Assembly: GCA_963770895.1 (NCBI GenBank)
Contig: CAVYRF010000002.1
Span: forward strand, 1,600,001 to 1,664,000
Direction of reading: 5' to 3'
Source: an uncultured Acidobacteriota bacterium
Lineage (GTDB): Bacteria > Acidobacteriota > Thermoanaerobaculia > Multivoradales > UBA5704
Length of the DNA stretch: 64,000 bases
Within the stretch, counting starts at the first letter, position 1; every line of letters starts with the position of its first letter. The notes below the pieces were generated by a model, which made no database searches, was not told where the DNA came from, and worked only from the letters and a program-made list of their open reading frames with translations. The position numbers and the translations under genes are program-made. Shown one piece after another: positions 1 through 11,718 of the stretch.

Positions 1-1
1 G

Positions 2-1042
2 GTGCTGGCGCAGGCGCTGGAGCTGCCGCTGGATGCGCTGCGGCAGGTCGAACGGCTGCAGCTGCTGGCCTGCGGCACCTCGTGGCATGCCGCCCTGATC
101 GGCAAGTTCATGATCGAGGAGATCGCGCGCGTGCCGGTCGAAGTGGACTACGGCTCCGAATACCGCTATCGCAACCCGATCGTGGACCGGCGCGTGCTGG
201 CCGTCGGCATCTCGCAGTCCGGTGAAACCGCCGACACCGTTTCGGCGATGGAGATCGCGCGCCACCGCGGCGCCCGCATCCTCTGCGTCTGCAACGTCCA
301 GGGGAGCGAGGCCACGCGGCTGAGCGAGGGCGTGATCTACACCCATGCCGGCCCCGAGATCGGCGTCGCCTCGACCAAGGCCTTCACCACCCAGCTGGTG
401 GCGCTCTACCTGCTGGCCGTGCTGCTGCGCCAGACGCGGGCTCCCGGCGCCGGCGGCAACGGCGGCGGAGCCGGCGGCGCCACGGACGACGCGGTGCAGC
501 TGCGCCGCTACGTCGAGGACCTGGCGCACCTGCCGCAGGCGGTCGACGAAGTGCTGCGGCGCCAGGCGGCGCCGATGGAAGAGCTGGCGCGCCGCCATTT
601 CCGCGCCGAAAGCTTTCTCTACCTCGGCCGCGGCATCAACTATCCGATCGCCCTCGAAGGCGCGCTCAAGCTCAAGGAGATCTCCTACATCCACGCCGAG
701 GGCTATCCCGCCGGCGAGATGAAGCACGGCCCGATCGCGCTGATCGACCAGAGCATGCCGGTGGTGGCGCTCGCCACCGGCAGCCAGGTCTTCGAGAAGA
801 TGAAGGGCAACCTGCAGGAGGTGAAGGCGCGCGACGGCGTGGTGATCGCGGTCACCGACCGCGACCCCGAAGAGCTCGACGGCATCGCCGATGAGATCAT
901 CACCGTTCCCACCGTGTCGCCGCTGCTGCAGCCGGTGGTCAACGTCGTCCCCCTGCAGCTCCTCGCCTATTACATCGGCGTCCGCCGCGGCGCCGACGTG
1001 GACCAGCCACGCAACCTGGCCAAGAGCGTCACCGTCGAGTAG
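2..1042 (+). CDS. glmS: Glutamine--fructose-6-phosphate aminotransferase (isomerizing), 5'-truncated by the window edge
   Basis: SIS-domain motifs ACGTSWHA, SQSGETADT, ALEGALKLKE and EMKHGP, plus the signature C-terminus DQPRNLAKSVTVE. Confidence 0.97.
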   Translation: MLAQALELPLDALRQVERLQLLACGTSWHAALIGKFMIEEIARVPVEVDYGSEYRYRNPIVDRRVLAVGISQSGETADTVSAMEIARHRGARILCVCNVQGSEATRLSEGVIYTHAGPEIGVASTKAFTTQLVALYLLAVLLRQTRAPGAGGNGGGAGGATDDAVQLRRYVEDLAHLPQAVDEVLRRQAAPMEELARRHFRAESFLYLGRGINYPIALEGALKLKEISYIHAEGYPAGEMKHGPIALIDQSMPVVALATGSQVFEKMKGNLQEVKARDGVVIAVTDRDPEELDGIADEIITVPTVSPLLQPVVNVVPLQLLAYYIGVRRGADVDQPRNLAKSVTVE

Positions 1043-2904
1043 AGCGTCCGGCGGCGGACCTCTACGCCGAGCGCCGCGGCCGCTGGCTGGCCGAAGAGCG
1101 GCGGCTGGGCGCCATCTCGCTGCGCCTGTCGATCGCGCGCGGCATCGTCTTCGCGGCCTTCGCCGCCTGCCTGGCGTGGCTGCTCGCCGCCGCCCGGCAT
1201 CCGCCCGCGGCGGCGGAGTGGGGCGCCGGCGCGGCGCTCGCGGTCTTCATCGTCCTGGCGGCGGTGCACGCGCTACGGCTGCGCCGCCAGCGCCAGGTCG
1301 CCGTCCTGCGGCAGATCAACGAAGAGGGCCTGGCCCGCCTGGACCGCGACTGGGACCGCCTGCCCCTGCCCACCGAACCGCCGCGCGGCGACCTGCCCTC
1401 TTTGGCGCGCGACCTGGACCTGTTCGGCCGCGCCTCGCTGTTCCACCTGCTCGGCACGGCGCACACTCCCGCCGCCAAGGCGCTGCTGCGCGACCGGCTG
1501 GCGGGACGGCCGGCAGTGGCGGCGGACATCCCCGACGCCCAGGCGGCGGTCGCCGAGCTGGCCGGCGAGCTCGACCTGCGCCAGCGGCTGGAGGCCGCGA
1601 CGCGGGGCCTGGAACGCCACCCGCCCGATTGCGAGCCGTTCCTGCGCTGGGCCGAAGCGGAACCGTGGCTGCGCCGGCGGCCGGCGCTGCTCTGGCTGGC
1701 GCGCATCGCCACCGCGGCGACGCTGGCAAGCCTTGGCGCGGCGGTCGCCGGGGAGACGGGGGTGCGGCCGCTCCTGCTGCTGGCCGCCTTCAACCTGGCG
1801 CTCAGCTTCGTCACCGCCAGGTGGGTGCAGCCGCGCCTGGGCGACGCCGGCACGCGGCGCGAAGCGATCCTGCTGTACGCCACTGCCCTGGGGGTGGTGG
1901 ATTCGCACCCCTTCGCCAGTCCGCGCCTGCGCGCGGTGGCGGCGCCCCTGGCGCCGGCGGCCGGGCCGAGCGCGCACGCCGCGCTGGCAAAGCTGGAGAC
2001 GCGCCTCAGCTATGCCGACCTGCGCCACGCGGCGCCGCTGCACTTCCTGTTGCAGGCGCTGACCCTGTGGGATTTCCACGTGCTGGCGGCGCTGGAAACG
2101 TGGCAGGGCGGCGCCGGCCGCCGGGCGCGCGCATGGCTCGGGGCGCTGGGCGAGATCGAGACGCTGGCGGCGCTGGCAACGCTGTGCTTCGAGGAGCCCG
2201 CCTGGTGCTTCCCCAGGATCGCCGACGACGCCGCGGAATTTGCCGCGCAGGCCCTGGGCCACCCGCTGCTGCCGGCGGCGCGGCGCGTCGCCAACGACGT
2301 CGCGGTGGGGCCGGCGGGGACGTTCCTGCTGGTGACGGGCTCCAACATGTCGGGCAAGAGCACGCTGCTGCGCGCCATCGGCCTGAATGTCGTGCTGGCG
2401 CAGGCGGGGGGACCGGCGTGCGCCGCGGCGCTCAGCCTGCCGCCGCTCGCCCTGGCGACCAGCATCCTGGTGGAGGACTCGTTGGCGGCCGGCGTGTCCT
2501 TCTACCTGGCGGAGCTGCTGCGCATCAAGGCGGTGGTGACGGCGGCGGACGACGCCCGCGCTGCTGGCGGGGGCGGGGCCGAGGGCGGCGGCGGCGCGCT
2601 GCTCTACCTGCTGGACGAAGTGCTGCGCGGCACCAACAGCGCCGAGCGCCGCATCGCCGTGCGCCACGTGCTGCGCCACCTGCTGTCGCGCGGTGCGCTG
2701 GGCGCCATTTCGACCCACGACCTGGAGCTCGCGGCCGGCGAGCCGGAGATCGGCGCCGCCGCCCGCCCGGTGCACTTCCGCGAGACGCTGAGCGGCGGCC
2801 GCGAAGGGCCGCGGATGAGCTTCGACTACCGCCTGCGGCCAGGCATCGCGACGACCACCAACGCCCTGGAGCTGCTGCGGCAGGTGGGCCTGGGCGAAGA
2901 GTAG
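1039..2904 (+). CDS. Membrane-anchored MutS domain V (ATPase) family protein
   Basis: Walker A TGSNMSGKST, DSLAAGVSFYLAEL, LLDEVLRGTN and STHDLEL motifs, with N-terminal hydrophobic helices. The frame is open and protein-like from ~1039, but the first canonical start is at 1264, so the start is uncertain. Confidence 0.85.
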   Translation, partial: VERPAADLYAERRGRWLAEERRLGAISLRLSIARGIVFAAFAACLAWLLAAARHPPAAAEWGAGAALAVFIVLAAVHALRLRRQRQVAVLRQINEEGLARLDRDWDRLPLPTEPPRGDLPSLARDLDLFGRASLFHLLGTAHTPAAKALLRDRLAGRPAVAADIPDAQAAVAELAGELDLRQRLEAATRGLERHPPDCEPFLRWAEAEPWLRRRPALLWLARIATAATLASLGAAVAGETGVRPLLLLAAFNLALSFVTARWVQPRLGDAGTRREAILLYATALGVVDSHPFASPRLRAVAAPLAPAAGPSAHAALAKLETRLSYADLRHAAPLHFLLQALTLWDFHVLAALETWQGGAGRRARAWLGALGEIETLAALATLCFEEPAWCFPRIADDAAEFAAQALGHPLLPAARRVANDVAVGPAGTFLLVTGSNMSGKSTLLRAIGLNVVLAQAGGPACAAALSLPPLALATSILVEDSLAAGVSFYLAELLRIKAVVTAADDARAAGGGGAEGGGGALLYLLDEVLRGTNSAERRIAVRHVLRHLLSRGALGAISTHDLELAAGEPEIGAAARPVHFRETLSGGREGPRMSFDYRLRPGIATTTNALELLRQVGLGEE

Positions 2905-3057
2905 CCGGCCCCGCGGCAAAAGCCGCGATGCGTGTCCCGCCCGCACCAGCGGCGCGGCGGCCGTGCGCAGCAAGTCAGGAAGTCGGGAGGGTAAGACGGG
3001 AGGACCAGGAGGAGCACACCCGGCAGCCGCGAAAGCCGCGGCTGCCGGGCGACCGGA

Positions 3058-5504
<2,447 letters not shown>

Positions 5505-5855
5505 AACCTTTCCTCCAGATTCCAGGGAGCCAGAAAGTCGCAGCGCGCGCCTGCGCTGGCCCGTTTGCCGCCAGTACCTGTACCGGCATGCCGGGCGGCC
5601 TGCCGCGCTGATGATCCTCGTTGAATGGAGCCCGCGGGCGCGATCCTGGGGGGATCCCCCCTTCCCGCCACGAGCCAGACCGGAGACGCCGCGCCGCGCA
5701 AGATCGCGAGGGCAGCCTACGGAACGCCGAAGGCTATCACAGCTCATGTGACGAGCTGAAGCACCCCTGCGGAAATGTCGGGCAGCGGGCGGGCGGAAGG
5801 CCAGGCGGTGGCGCACCGGGCGACCCTCCATAGGCGACCCTCTATACTTGCGGTC

Positions 5856-7805
5856 ATGGGCGATCTGAGGGGACTTGGCCGTGGGGTCCGGCGCTTGGCT
5901 GGGCGCGGCTCCGGTGCCGGCTTGGCGGGCGCGATGGCGGCGGGGGTGTTGGTGGTGGCGGCGACCCTGGCAGGGGCAGCGGTGCTGAATGGCGCGCAGG
6001 CCGGCGGCGCGACCGCAGTCCCCGCGGCGGCACCGGCGACTCCGGCGGGTCCGACGGCGGCACCGGCGGGGGCGGCGGCCGCGGGGGCGACTCCGGCCGC
6101 GGCACCGGGGGACGCGGGGGCGCCGGCGGCGCCGGCCGGCACGGCGGACGAAGCGATCGACGTCTCGGTGGTCAACGTCGACGTGGTGGTGCGCGACACG
6201 GACGGCAAGCAGGTCCAGGGGCTGCGGCGGCAAGACTTCACCCTGTTCGTCGACGGCAAGAAGGTGGCGCTGTCCAACTTCTGGGCGGCCGGCGGTGGCG
6301 CGGACGGCGGGGGGCCCGCGTCCGGCGGCGCGGCGGCGCCGGCGGCCTCAGCGGCAACGGCGGACGCCGGCGCCGGCGCGGCGGGCGCCGCGGGGCGGCC
6401 GCAGCTCAACCTGGTGCTGTTTGTCGACAACGCCAACATGCGGCCGTTCGACCGCAACCGGCTGCTCGGGCAGGTGCGCACGTTCCTGCAGAAGACGCTG
6501 GCGGCCGGCGACCGGGTGATGGTGGTCAGCCACGATCCCGGGCTGCACGTGCGGCATGCGTTCACCGACAGCGTCGCGACGCTCGACGGCGCGCTCGACC
6601 AGCTGGCAAGGCAGGCGCCGGCTGGCCTCGGGCGCGAATCGGCGAAGCGCCAGGCGGTGATCGAGATGATCAACGACATCATGGAGGACGGCTGCAAGGC
6701 CGGCCTCATGGAGGCCCAGAACGTGGCCAAGACCCAGGCGGACATCGACCTGGGCAATGCCCGGCAGCTGTATGCCGACCTCCATCACGTGGTCAAGGCG
6801 CTGGGCGGCGTGGAAGGGCAGCGGGCGCTGGTCTACGTCGGCGACGGCGTGCCGACCATGGTGGGCACGGACCTGTTCGGTCTGCTCGGCGAGCAGTGCC
6901 CCACGACCGACGGGATGCGCGCCAGCACCGAAACCATCAACGCCACGGCGCCGATGCGGCAGGTGATCGCCGACGCCAATGCCAACCTGGTGACGTTCTT
7001 TCCGCTGGAGGCCGCCGGCGTGCAGCAGTCCTACGCCCAGGTTACCGGCGAGCCGCTGCAGTCGGCGGCGCTGATCCAGCAGGCCGACTCCGACCGCCAG
7101 GACTCGTTGCTCAACCTGGGGCGTGAGACGGGCGGCCGCGCCGTGCTCGCCGGCGGCGACCTGGCCAGCGGTCTTGAAACGGTCGGCGCCGAGCTGCGCG
7201 GCGCCTATTCGCTGGGCTTCACGCCGCCTCCGGCGGCCTGGAGCGAGCGGCACGACATCCGCGTCCAGCTCGGCCGCCCGGGCCTGACCGCCACCTATCG
7301 CACCAGCTACTGGAACCGCACCCCGACCGAGCGGCTGGAAGCCCAGGTCGAATCGGCGCTGCTGTCCGGGGTTGCCGACAATCCGTTCGGCGCGTCCTTG
7401 CAGGTCGGCGCCGGCCAGCCCGCCGAGCACGGCCGGGTGCTGCTGCCGGTCAAGTTGAAGGTACCGTTCGGCCGGCTCTCCCTGGTGCCCGCGGAGGACG
7501 GCGGTCTGCACGGCCGGCTGGGGATCGTCGCCGGCGCCATCGACGAGCACGGCGAGGTGTCGGCTCTGCAGCGCTTCCTGCTGCCCCTGCGGATTCCCGA
7601 AGCGGAGGCGAGGCGGACGCTGGCCAGCCAGCTGGGCTATGACGTGAAGCTGCTGCTGGCTCCGGGGCGGCAGCGGCTGGCCTTTGCCTTGCGCGACGAA
7701 GTGGCGCACACCTCGGCTTGCGTGGTCGAGGATCTCGACGTGGCCAAGACCGGCATCACCTCCGCGACACCGGTGCCCGACCCCGCCGCCAGCGCCGCGC
7801 ATTAG
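5856..7805 (+). CDS. Secreted VWA domain-containing protein (acidobacterial VWFA-related type)
   Basis: Signal peptide followed by VSVVNVDVVVRDxDGK..GLRRQDFTLFVDG, RALVYVGDG, ETGGRA and YSLGFTP, as typical of acidobacterial VWA proteins. TATACT lies 7 nt before ATG 5856. Confidence 0.85.
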   Translation: MGDLRGLGRGVRRLAGRGSGAGLAGAMAAGVLVVAATLAGAAVLNGAQAGGATAVPAAAPATPAGPTAAPAGAAAAGATPAAAPGDAGAPAAPAGTADEAIDVSVVNVDVVVRDTDGKQVQGLRRQDFTLFVDGKKVALSNFWAAGGGADGGGPASGGAAAPAASAATADAGAGAAGAAGRPQLNLVLFVDNANMRPFDRNRLLGQVRTFLQKTLAAGDRVMVVSHDPGLHVRHAFTDSVATLDGALDQLARQAPAGLGRESAKRQAVIEMINDIMEDGCKAGLMEAQNVAKTQADIDLGNARQLYADLHHVVKALGGVEGQRALVYVGDGVPTMVGTDLFGLLGEQCPTTDGMRASTETINATAPMRQVIADANANLVTFFPLEAAGVQQSYAQVTGEPLQSAALIQQADSDRQDSLLNLGRETGGRAVLAGGDLASGLETVGAELRGAYSLGFTPPPAAWSERHDIRVQLGRPGLTATYRTSYWNRTPTERLEAQVESALLSGVADNPFGASLQVGAGQPAEHGRVLLPVKLKVPFGRLSLVPAEDGGLHGRLGIVAGAIDEHGEVSALQRFLLPLRIPEAEARRTLASQLGYDVKLLLAPGRQRLAFALRDEVAHTSACVVEDLDVAKTGITSATPVPDPAASAAH

Positions 7806-7913
7806 CACCTCCGAGAAGACTCGGCTCACCTATAATGGGGCCGGTCTGTAAGGGTCCTCTAGAACAGCACGGGATGTCTTCCACGTGCGGAAGTGTCTCC
7901 CCAGGAGGGACGG

Positions 7914-10900
7914 ATGCCGCTGCCGCGTGAGCTGACCGACGGCTATCGACTCGAAAGGATCCTCGCCTCCAGCCGGTGCGCGAGCGTCCTGGGCGGCCAC
8001 GAGCTGGCGACGGGGCGCCCCGTCGTCATCAAGCTCATCAACGTCCCGTCGGCGGCCAGCGCCGCGGCCGCCGAAAGCGCCGCCACACGCTTTGTCGCCT
8101 ACGCCGAGGCGCTGGCGCGGCTGCGCCACCCCAACCTGCCGGTGATCCTGGACTCCGGGCTGACGCCGGACGGCGGCGCGTTCCTGGTCATGGAGCCGCT
8201 CAGCGGGTTCAGCTTCGACACCCTGGCCCGCCGCGGCGATGCCGGCGGCGGTGCCGGAGGCGGTGACGACGCCCTGGCGCTGCTGCCCGACCTTTCCGAC
8301 ACCGGCAGCTCGTCCGAGGCCGCTCCCGAGCGCACCCTGCCGCTGCTCGACCAGGCCGCCGCCGGGCTCGCCGAGCTTGCCGGCAACGGTCTTGCCCACT
8401 TCAACGTCAGCCCCGGCAACCTGTTCGTGGCGGAGACGCCGCAGGGGAGCCAGATCAAGCTTCTCGGTCTCGGCACGCCGCTGTTCTATCTCGGCCGCGC
8501 GTGGCTCGACGCGGAAACCGGGCGCTACCGCGCCCCGGAGCTTGCCAAGCCGGCGGCGGCGATGGCCCTGTCGCCGGCGGCGGCCGGCACCGGCTTTGCG
8601 CTGGCGGATTGGCACGCCGACTGTTTTTCGCTGGCTCTCACGGTCTGCAACGCCCTGGGCGCCACCGTCGCCTTCGGCGACCCCTCGGGCCCGATCGTCC
8701 AGATGCCGCTCGCGCTCAGCTTCGAGCTCGCCAACGACGAAGCGCTGCGGCGCATCCTGGAGCTCTGCCTGCGCCCGCTGCCACCCCAGCGGCCGGCGCA
8801 CGCCGCGATCCGCGACGCGTTTCGCCTGGCCCTCGGCAGAGAGACCGGCGCCACCGCACCGCCGCCCACCCAGGCTGCCCGGGCGCCCGCGCCACCGCCC
8901 GCCCAAACACGCCAGCCGCCGGCAGCGCCGGCAGCCCAGCCGGCACCGCCGCGGCCGGCGGCTCAGCCGCCGCAAGCAGCTCCGGGTTCGCCGCCGGCCG
9001 CCGCCGCAATGCCTGCGGCCGCGACACCAGCTATCGGCGCGCCCAACGCCAACCTTGCCGCCGCCGCGGCTGTCGCGGCCGCCGCGGCCGCAGGCGAGCC
9101 GCTGGATTGGCGCGCCGCGCTCAGCCGCTCGCAGGCGCCGGCGGCCCAGGGTCCCGCGTGGCTCCCGGAAGACGCCCCGCCGCCGCCGCCGGCACCGGGC
9201 CGGATCACCGGCGCCCTGGCCATCCCGCCGCCGGCGCCACGCCCCGGCACGGCAGCCACGCCCACCCTGGGGGCCGCCCCCGCACCACCTGCCGCGCGCT
9301 CCGGCACAGGAGCCATGCCCATCCCGGACGCCCTCCCTGCGTCACCGGTAGCGCGCTCCGGCACCGGAGCCATGCCCATCCCGGACACCCTGCCGGCACC
9401 ACGGTCCACGTATCCTGGCACGGGAGCCCTGCCGAGCCAGGACGTCGCTCCAGCGCCGCGGTCCGCGCATGCTGGCACCGGAGCCCTGCCGATCCCAGAC
9501 GTCTCTCCTGCGCCGGCGGCGGTGCGTCCCGGGACCGGAGCCTTGCCAATTCCCAACGCCGCCCCGCCGGCGACACGCCCTGGCTCGGGAACGTCGCCCC
9601 TTCGGGACACCACCCCGCCGGTGCCGGCCGCGGCCCAACCGGATTGGGGCCTGGCGGCGGGCGACGACGACCCGCTGTTCCTGGACGGCTTCCATGTGCC
9701 GGCGACCCTGCCGTCCATCCCTGACTCGCCAGACGGCGCCTCTATCGATCTGCTGTCGCCGGCGCCGCCGGCCGGCTCGGGAGGCTCGCTGTCGGCGCAG
9801 CAGATGGCCGCCGAGCTTGGCATCGACTTGGGCGGTGCGAAGGACGGCCCAGGCCAGGCCGCGGCACCCGCCGCCGCCTCGGCCTGGGATGCAGCCCTGC
9901 CAGGCTTGGCGTCCGCCGCTTTGCCCGCGGCAGCCGCGGCAGGCGCAGCAGGCCGCACCAGCCTGCCGGTTCCGTCCGCCATGCCCGCCGCGGCCATCCC
10001 GCCGGCGACGGGTCGCAGTGCACCAGCCGCCGGCGCCAAGGCCAACCCGGCACCCGCCGCCATGCCCGCCGGCAGCGCCAAGCCCGCTGGCAGCCCCGGC
10101 ACCGGCGCCACCGCCGCCGCCGCCGCTGCACCGGCGCCCGCCGGCGGTCCGGCCGCAACCCCGGCACCGGCCGGCGGCGACGCGCTGTCGGCGGTGGACG
10201 ATCTGCTCGATTCGCTGCCGCCGCCTCCTCCGGCTGCCGCGCCCGCTCCGGCCGCGACACGCGGTGCTCGCAGCGCCGGGGCGATCAGCGGTTCCATGCC
10301 GGTGCTGGCCGCGGGACAGCGCGGCGGCCGCGCTGCCGCCGCCCCCCCGGCGGGCGGCCCGGCGGCGCTGGCGATGCTGCGCGAGCTGCCCAAGGCGGTG
10401 CAGCTGGGGGGCGCCGCCGCGGTGGTGCTGATCCTTGCGGTCGCGGCCTGGGCGGTGTTCAGCCATCGCTCGCACGCCGCCGCGGGCTCGCGGCAGGACA
10501 CCGCCGCAGACGGCACCGCCCTTGGCGCCGCGGCGGCGCCGGTGCGGCTGGGGCCGACGCCGGCCGCCAAGCTGGCGGAGGCCAGCAGCTACCAGATCAT
10601 GGGCAGGGACTACGACGCCAAGGTGCGCCAGGGCCTGCACGAGCTGACGTTTGCCGATCAGGGCGAGCTGGGCGGCGAGGGCTGCCGGCAGCTGGCCGCG
10701 ATCGAACAGACCCTGGCCGCCGACGCCCTGGAACGGGTGCCGCAGGACCTTGCCTCCGGCCTGCACAACGGCGACCTCGGCACGCTGCAGACGGTGGTGG
10801 AGGTGGCCGGACCGCACGACGTGCCGCCGAACCAGGCGGGCGACTTCGAAAAGGCCAGGAACCTGGTGCAGCTCTACGAGGCGGCCCAGGCGGCAAACGG

Positions 10901-11642
10901 GCGCGGCGACTACGGCGAGGTGCTGGATCGCTTCCACGCCATGGAAGGCCTGTCGCGCACGCTGCACGATCCGCTGGGATTGCGCGACAAGGCGGCGACG
11001 GCCGTCGAGGCCGCGGCCGCCGCGTTGGCCCGCGACGGCAAGTACGACCAGGCGGTGGGACAGCTCGAACCGGTGCGCCGCTCCTGGCCCGAGCGCGGCG
11101 GCGTCAAGGAGCTGGTCAAGACCTATGAGTCGGCCGGGGCCAGCGAGCAGCAGCAGCAGGCGATCCTGGACAGCGTGCCGAGCTTCGAGCGCCGCCGCAA
11201 GCCCAGCGAGGGGCTGGATCTGCTGCGCCCCCTCAAGCCGACGCCGCACCTCGAGGCGCGCGTCAACCAGGCCCGGCAGGAGCTGGAAGCGCAGCTCGCG
11301 CAGCTGGACGCGCAGCCGCCGGCGGTGGCGCTGCGCGACGGCTACCTGCTCGACTATTCACGCGGCCAGGTGGTGACGCTCAGCTTCCGCGTCACCGACG
11401 ACTACGAGGTGCGCAGCGTCAAGCTGTACGCCCGCCCGCAGGGAGGGGCGATGCGTGAGCTGCCGCTGCAAAAGGACGGCCTGGGCTACAGCGTCGACAT
11501 CCCGCCCAGCTTCCACGAGAACAACACCGTCGAGTTCTACGTCGTGGCGACCGACCTGTCCGGCCACCAGGGCATGCTGGGCTCGAAGGAAAAGCCGCTG
11601 CAGCTCAAACGCCGCCAGGGCTTCGAGCGCTTGCTGCAGTAG
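7914..11642 (+). CDS. Hanks-type Ser/Thr kinase-like (pseudokinase) membrane protein with a long Pro/Ala linker and an extracytoplasmic C-terminus
   Basis: YRLERIL, VVIKLI, LARLRHPNL, FLVMEPL and YRAPE kinase scaffold. TM helix GAAAVVLILAVAAWAVF. AGGAGG RBS before ATG 7914 and TATAAT at 7831-7836. Confidence 0.8.
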   Translation: MPLPRELTDGYRLERILASSRCASVLGGHELATGRPVVIKLINVPSAASAAAAESAATRFVAYAEALARLRHPNLPVILDSGLTPDGGAFLVMEPLSGFSFDTLARRGDAGGGAGGGDDALALLPDLSDTGSSSEAAPERTLPLLDQAAAGLAELAGNGLAHFNVSPGNLFVAETPQGSQIKLLGLGTPLFYLGRAWLDAETGRYRAPELAKPAAAMALSPAAAGTGFALADWHADCFSLALTVCNALGATVAFGDPSGPIVQMPLALSFELANDEALRRILELCLRPLPPQRPAHAAIRDAFRLALGRETGATAPPPTQAARAPAPPPAQTRQPPAAPAAQPAPPRPAAQPPQAAPGSPPAAAAMPAAATPAIGAPNANLAAAAAVAAAAAAGEPLDWRAALSRSQAPAAQGPAWLPEDAPPPPPAPGRITGALAIPPPAPRPGTAATPTLGAAPAPPAARSGTGAMPIPDALPASPVARSGTGAMPIPDTLPAPRSTYPGTGALPSQDVAPAPRSAHAGTGALPIPDVSPAPAAVRPGTGALPIPNAAPPATRPGSGTSPLRDTTPPVPAAAQPDWGLAAGDDDPLFLDGFHVPATLPSIPDSPDGASIDLLSPAPPAGSGGSLSAQQMAAELGIDLGGAKDGPGQAAAPAAASAWDAALPGLASAALPAAAAAGAAGRTSLPVPSAMPAAAIPPATGRSAPAAGAKANPAPAAMPAGSAKPAGSPGTGATAAAAAAPAPAGGPAATPAPAGGDALSAVDDLLDSLPPPPPAAAPAPAATRGARSAGAISGSMPVLAAGQRGGRAAAAPPAGGPAALAMLRELPKAVQLGGAAAVVLILAVAAWAVFSHRSHAAAGSRQDTAADGTALGAAAAPVRLGPTPAAKLAEASSYQIMGRDYDAKVRQGLHELTFADQGELGGEGCRQLAAIEQTLAADALERVPQDLASGLHNGDLGTLQTVVEVAGPHDVPPNQAGDFEKARNLVQLYEAAQAANGRGDYGEVLDRFHAMEGLSRTLHDPLGLRDKAATAVEAAAAALARDGKYDQAVGQLEPVRRSWPERGGVKELVKTYESAGASEQQQQAILDSVPSFERRRKPSEGLDLLRPLKPTPHLEARVNQARQELEAQLAQLDAQPPAVALRDGYLLDYSRGQVVTLSFRVTDDYEVRSVKLYARPQGGAMRELPLQKDGLGYSVDIPPSFHENNTVEFYVVATDLSGHQGMLGSKEKPLQLKRRQGFERLLQ
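9294..9610 (+). repeat. ~57-bp (19-aa) coding tandem repeat, 5-6 copies, core GTGA(M/L)PIPD
   Basis: Units ARSGTGAMPIPD x2, YPGTGALPSQD, HAGTGALPIPD, RPGTGALPIPN and RPGSGTSP. Confidence 0.85.
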
Positions 11643-11718
11643 CCGCGGGCCGCTCCGGCGGCCAGCGCGATCTGCCCGCCGGAGCCAGGTCCCGCCCGGC
11701 AGGTAGCCCGCCTGGCGC

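Noticed and set aside
5505-5842. Riboswitch upstream of hppA
   Set aside because: Only short palindromes (e.g. CAGCTC-N7-GAGCTG) were seen. I could not match a known aptamer consensus or an expression-platform terminator; an Rfam scan would settle it.
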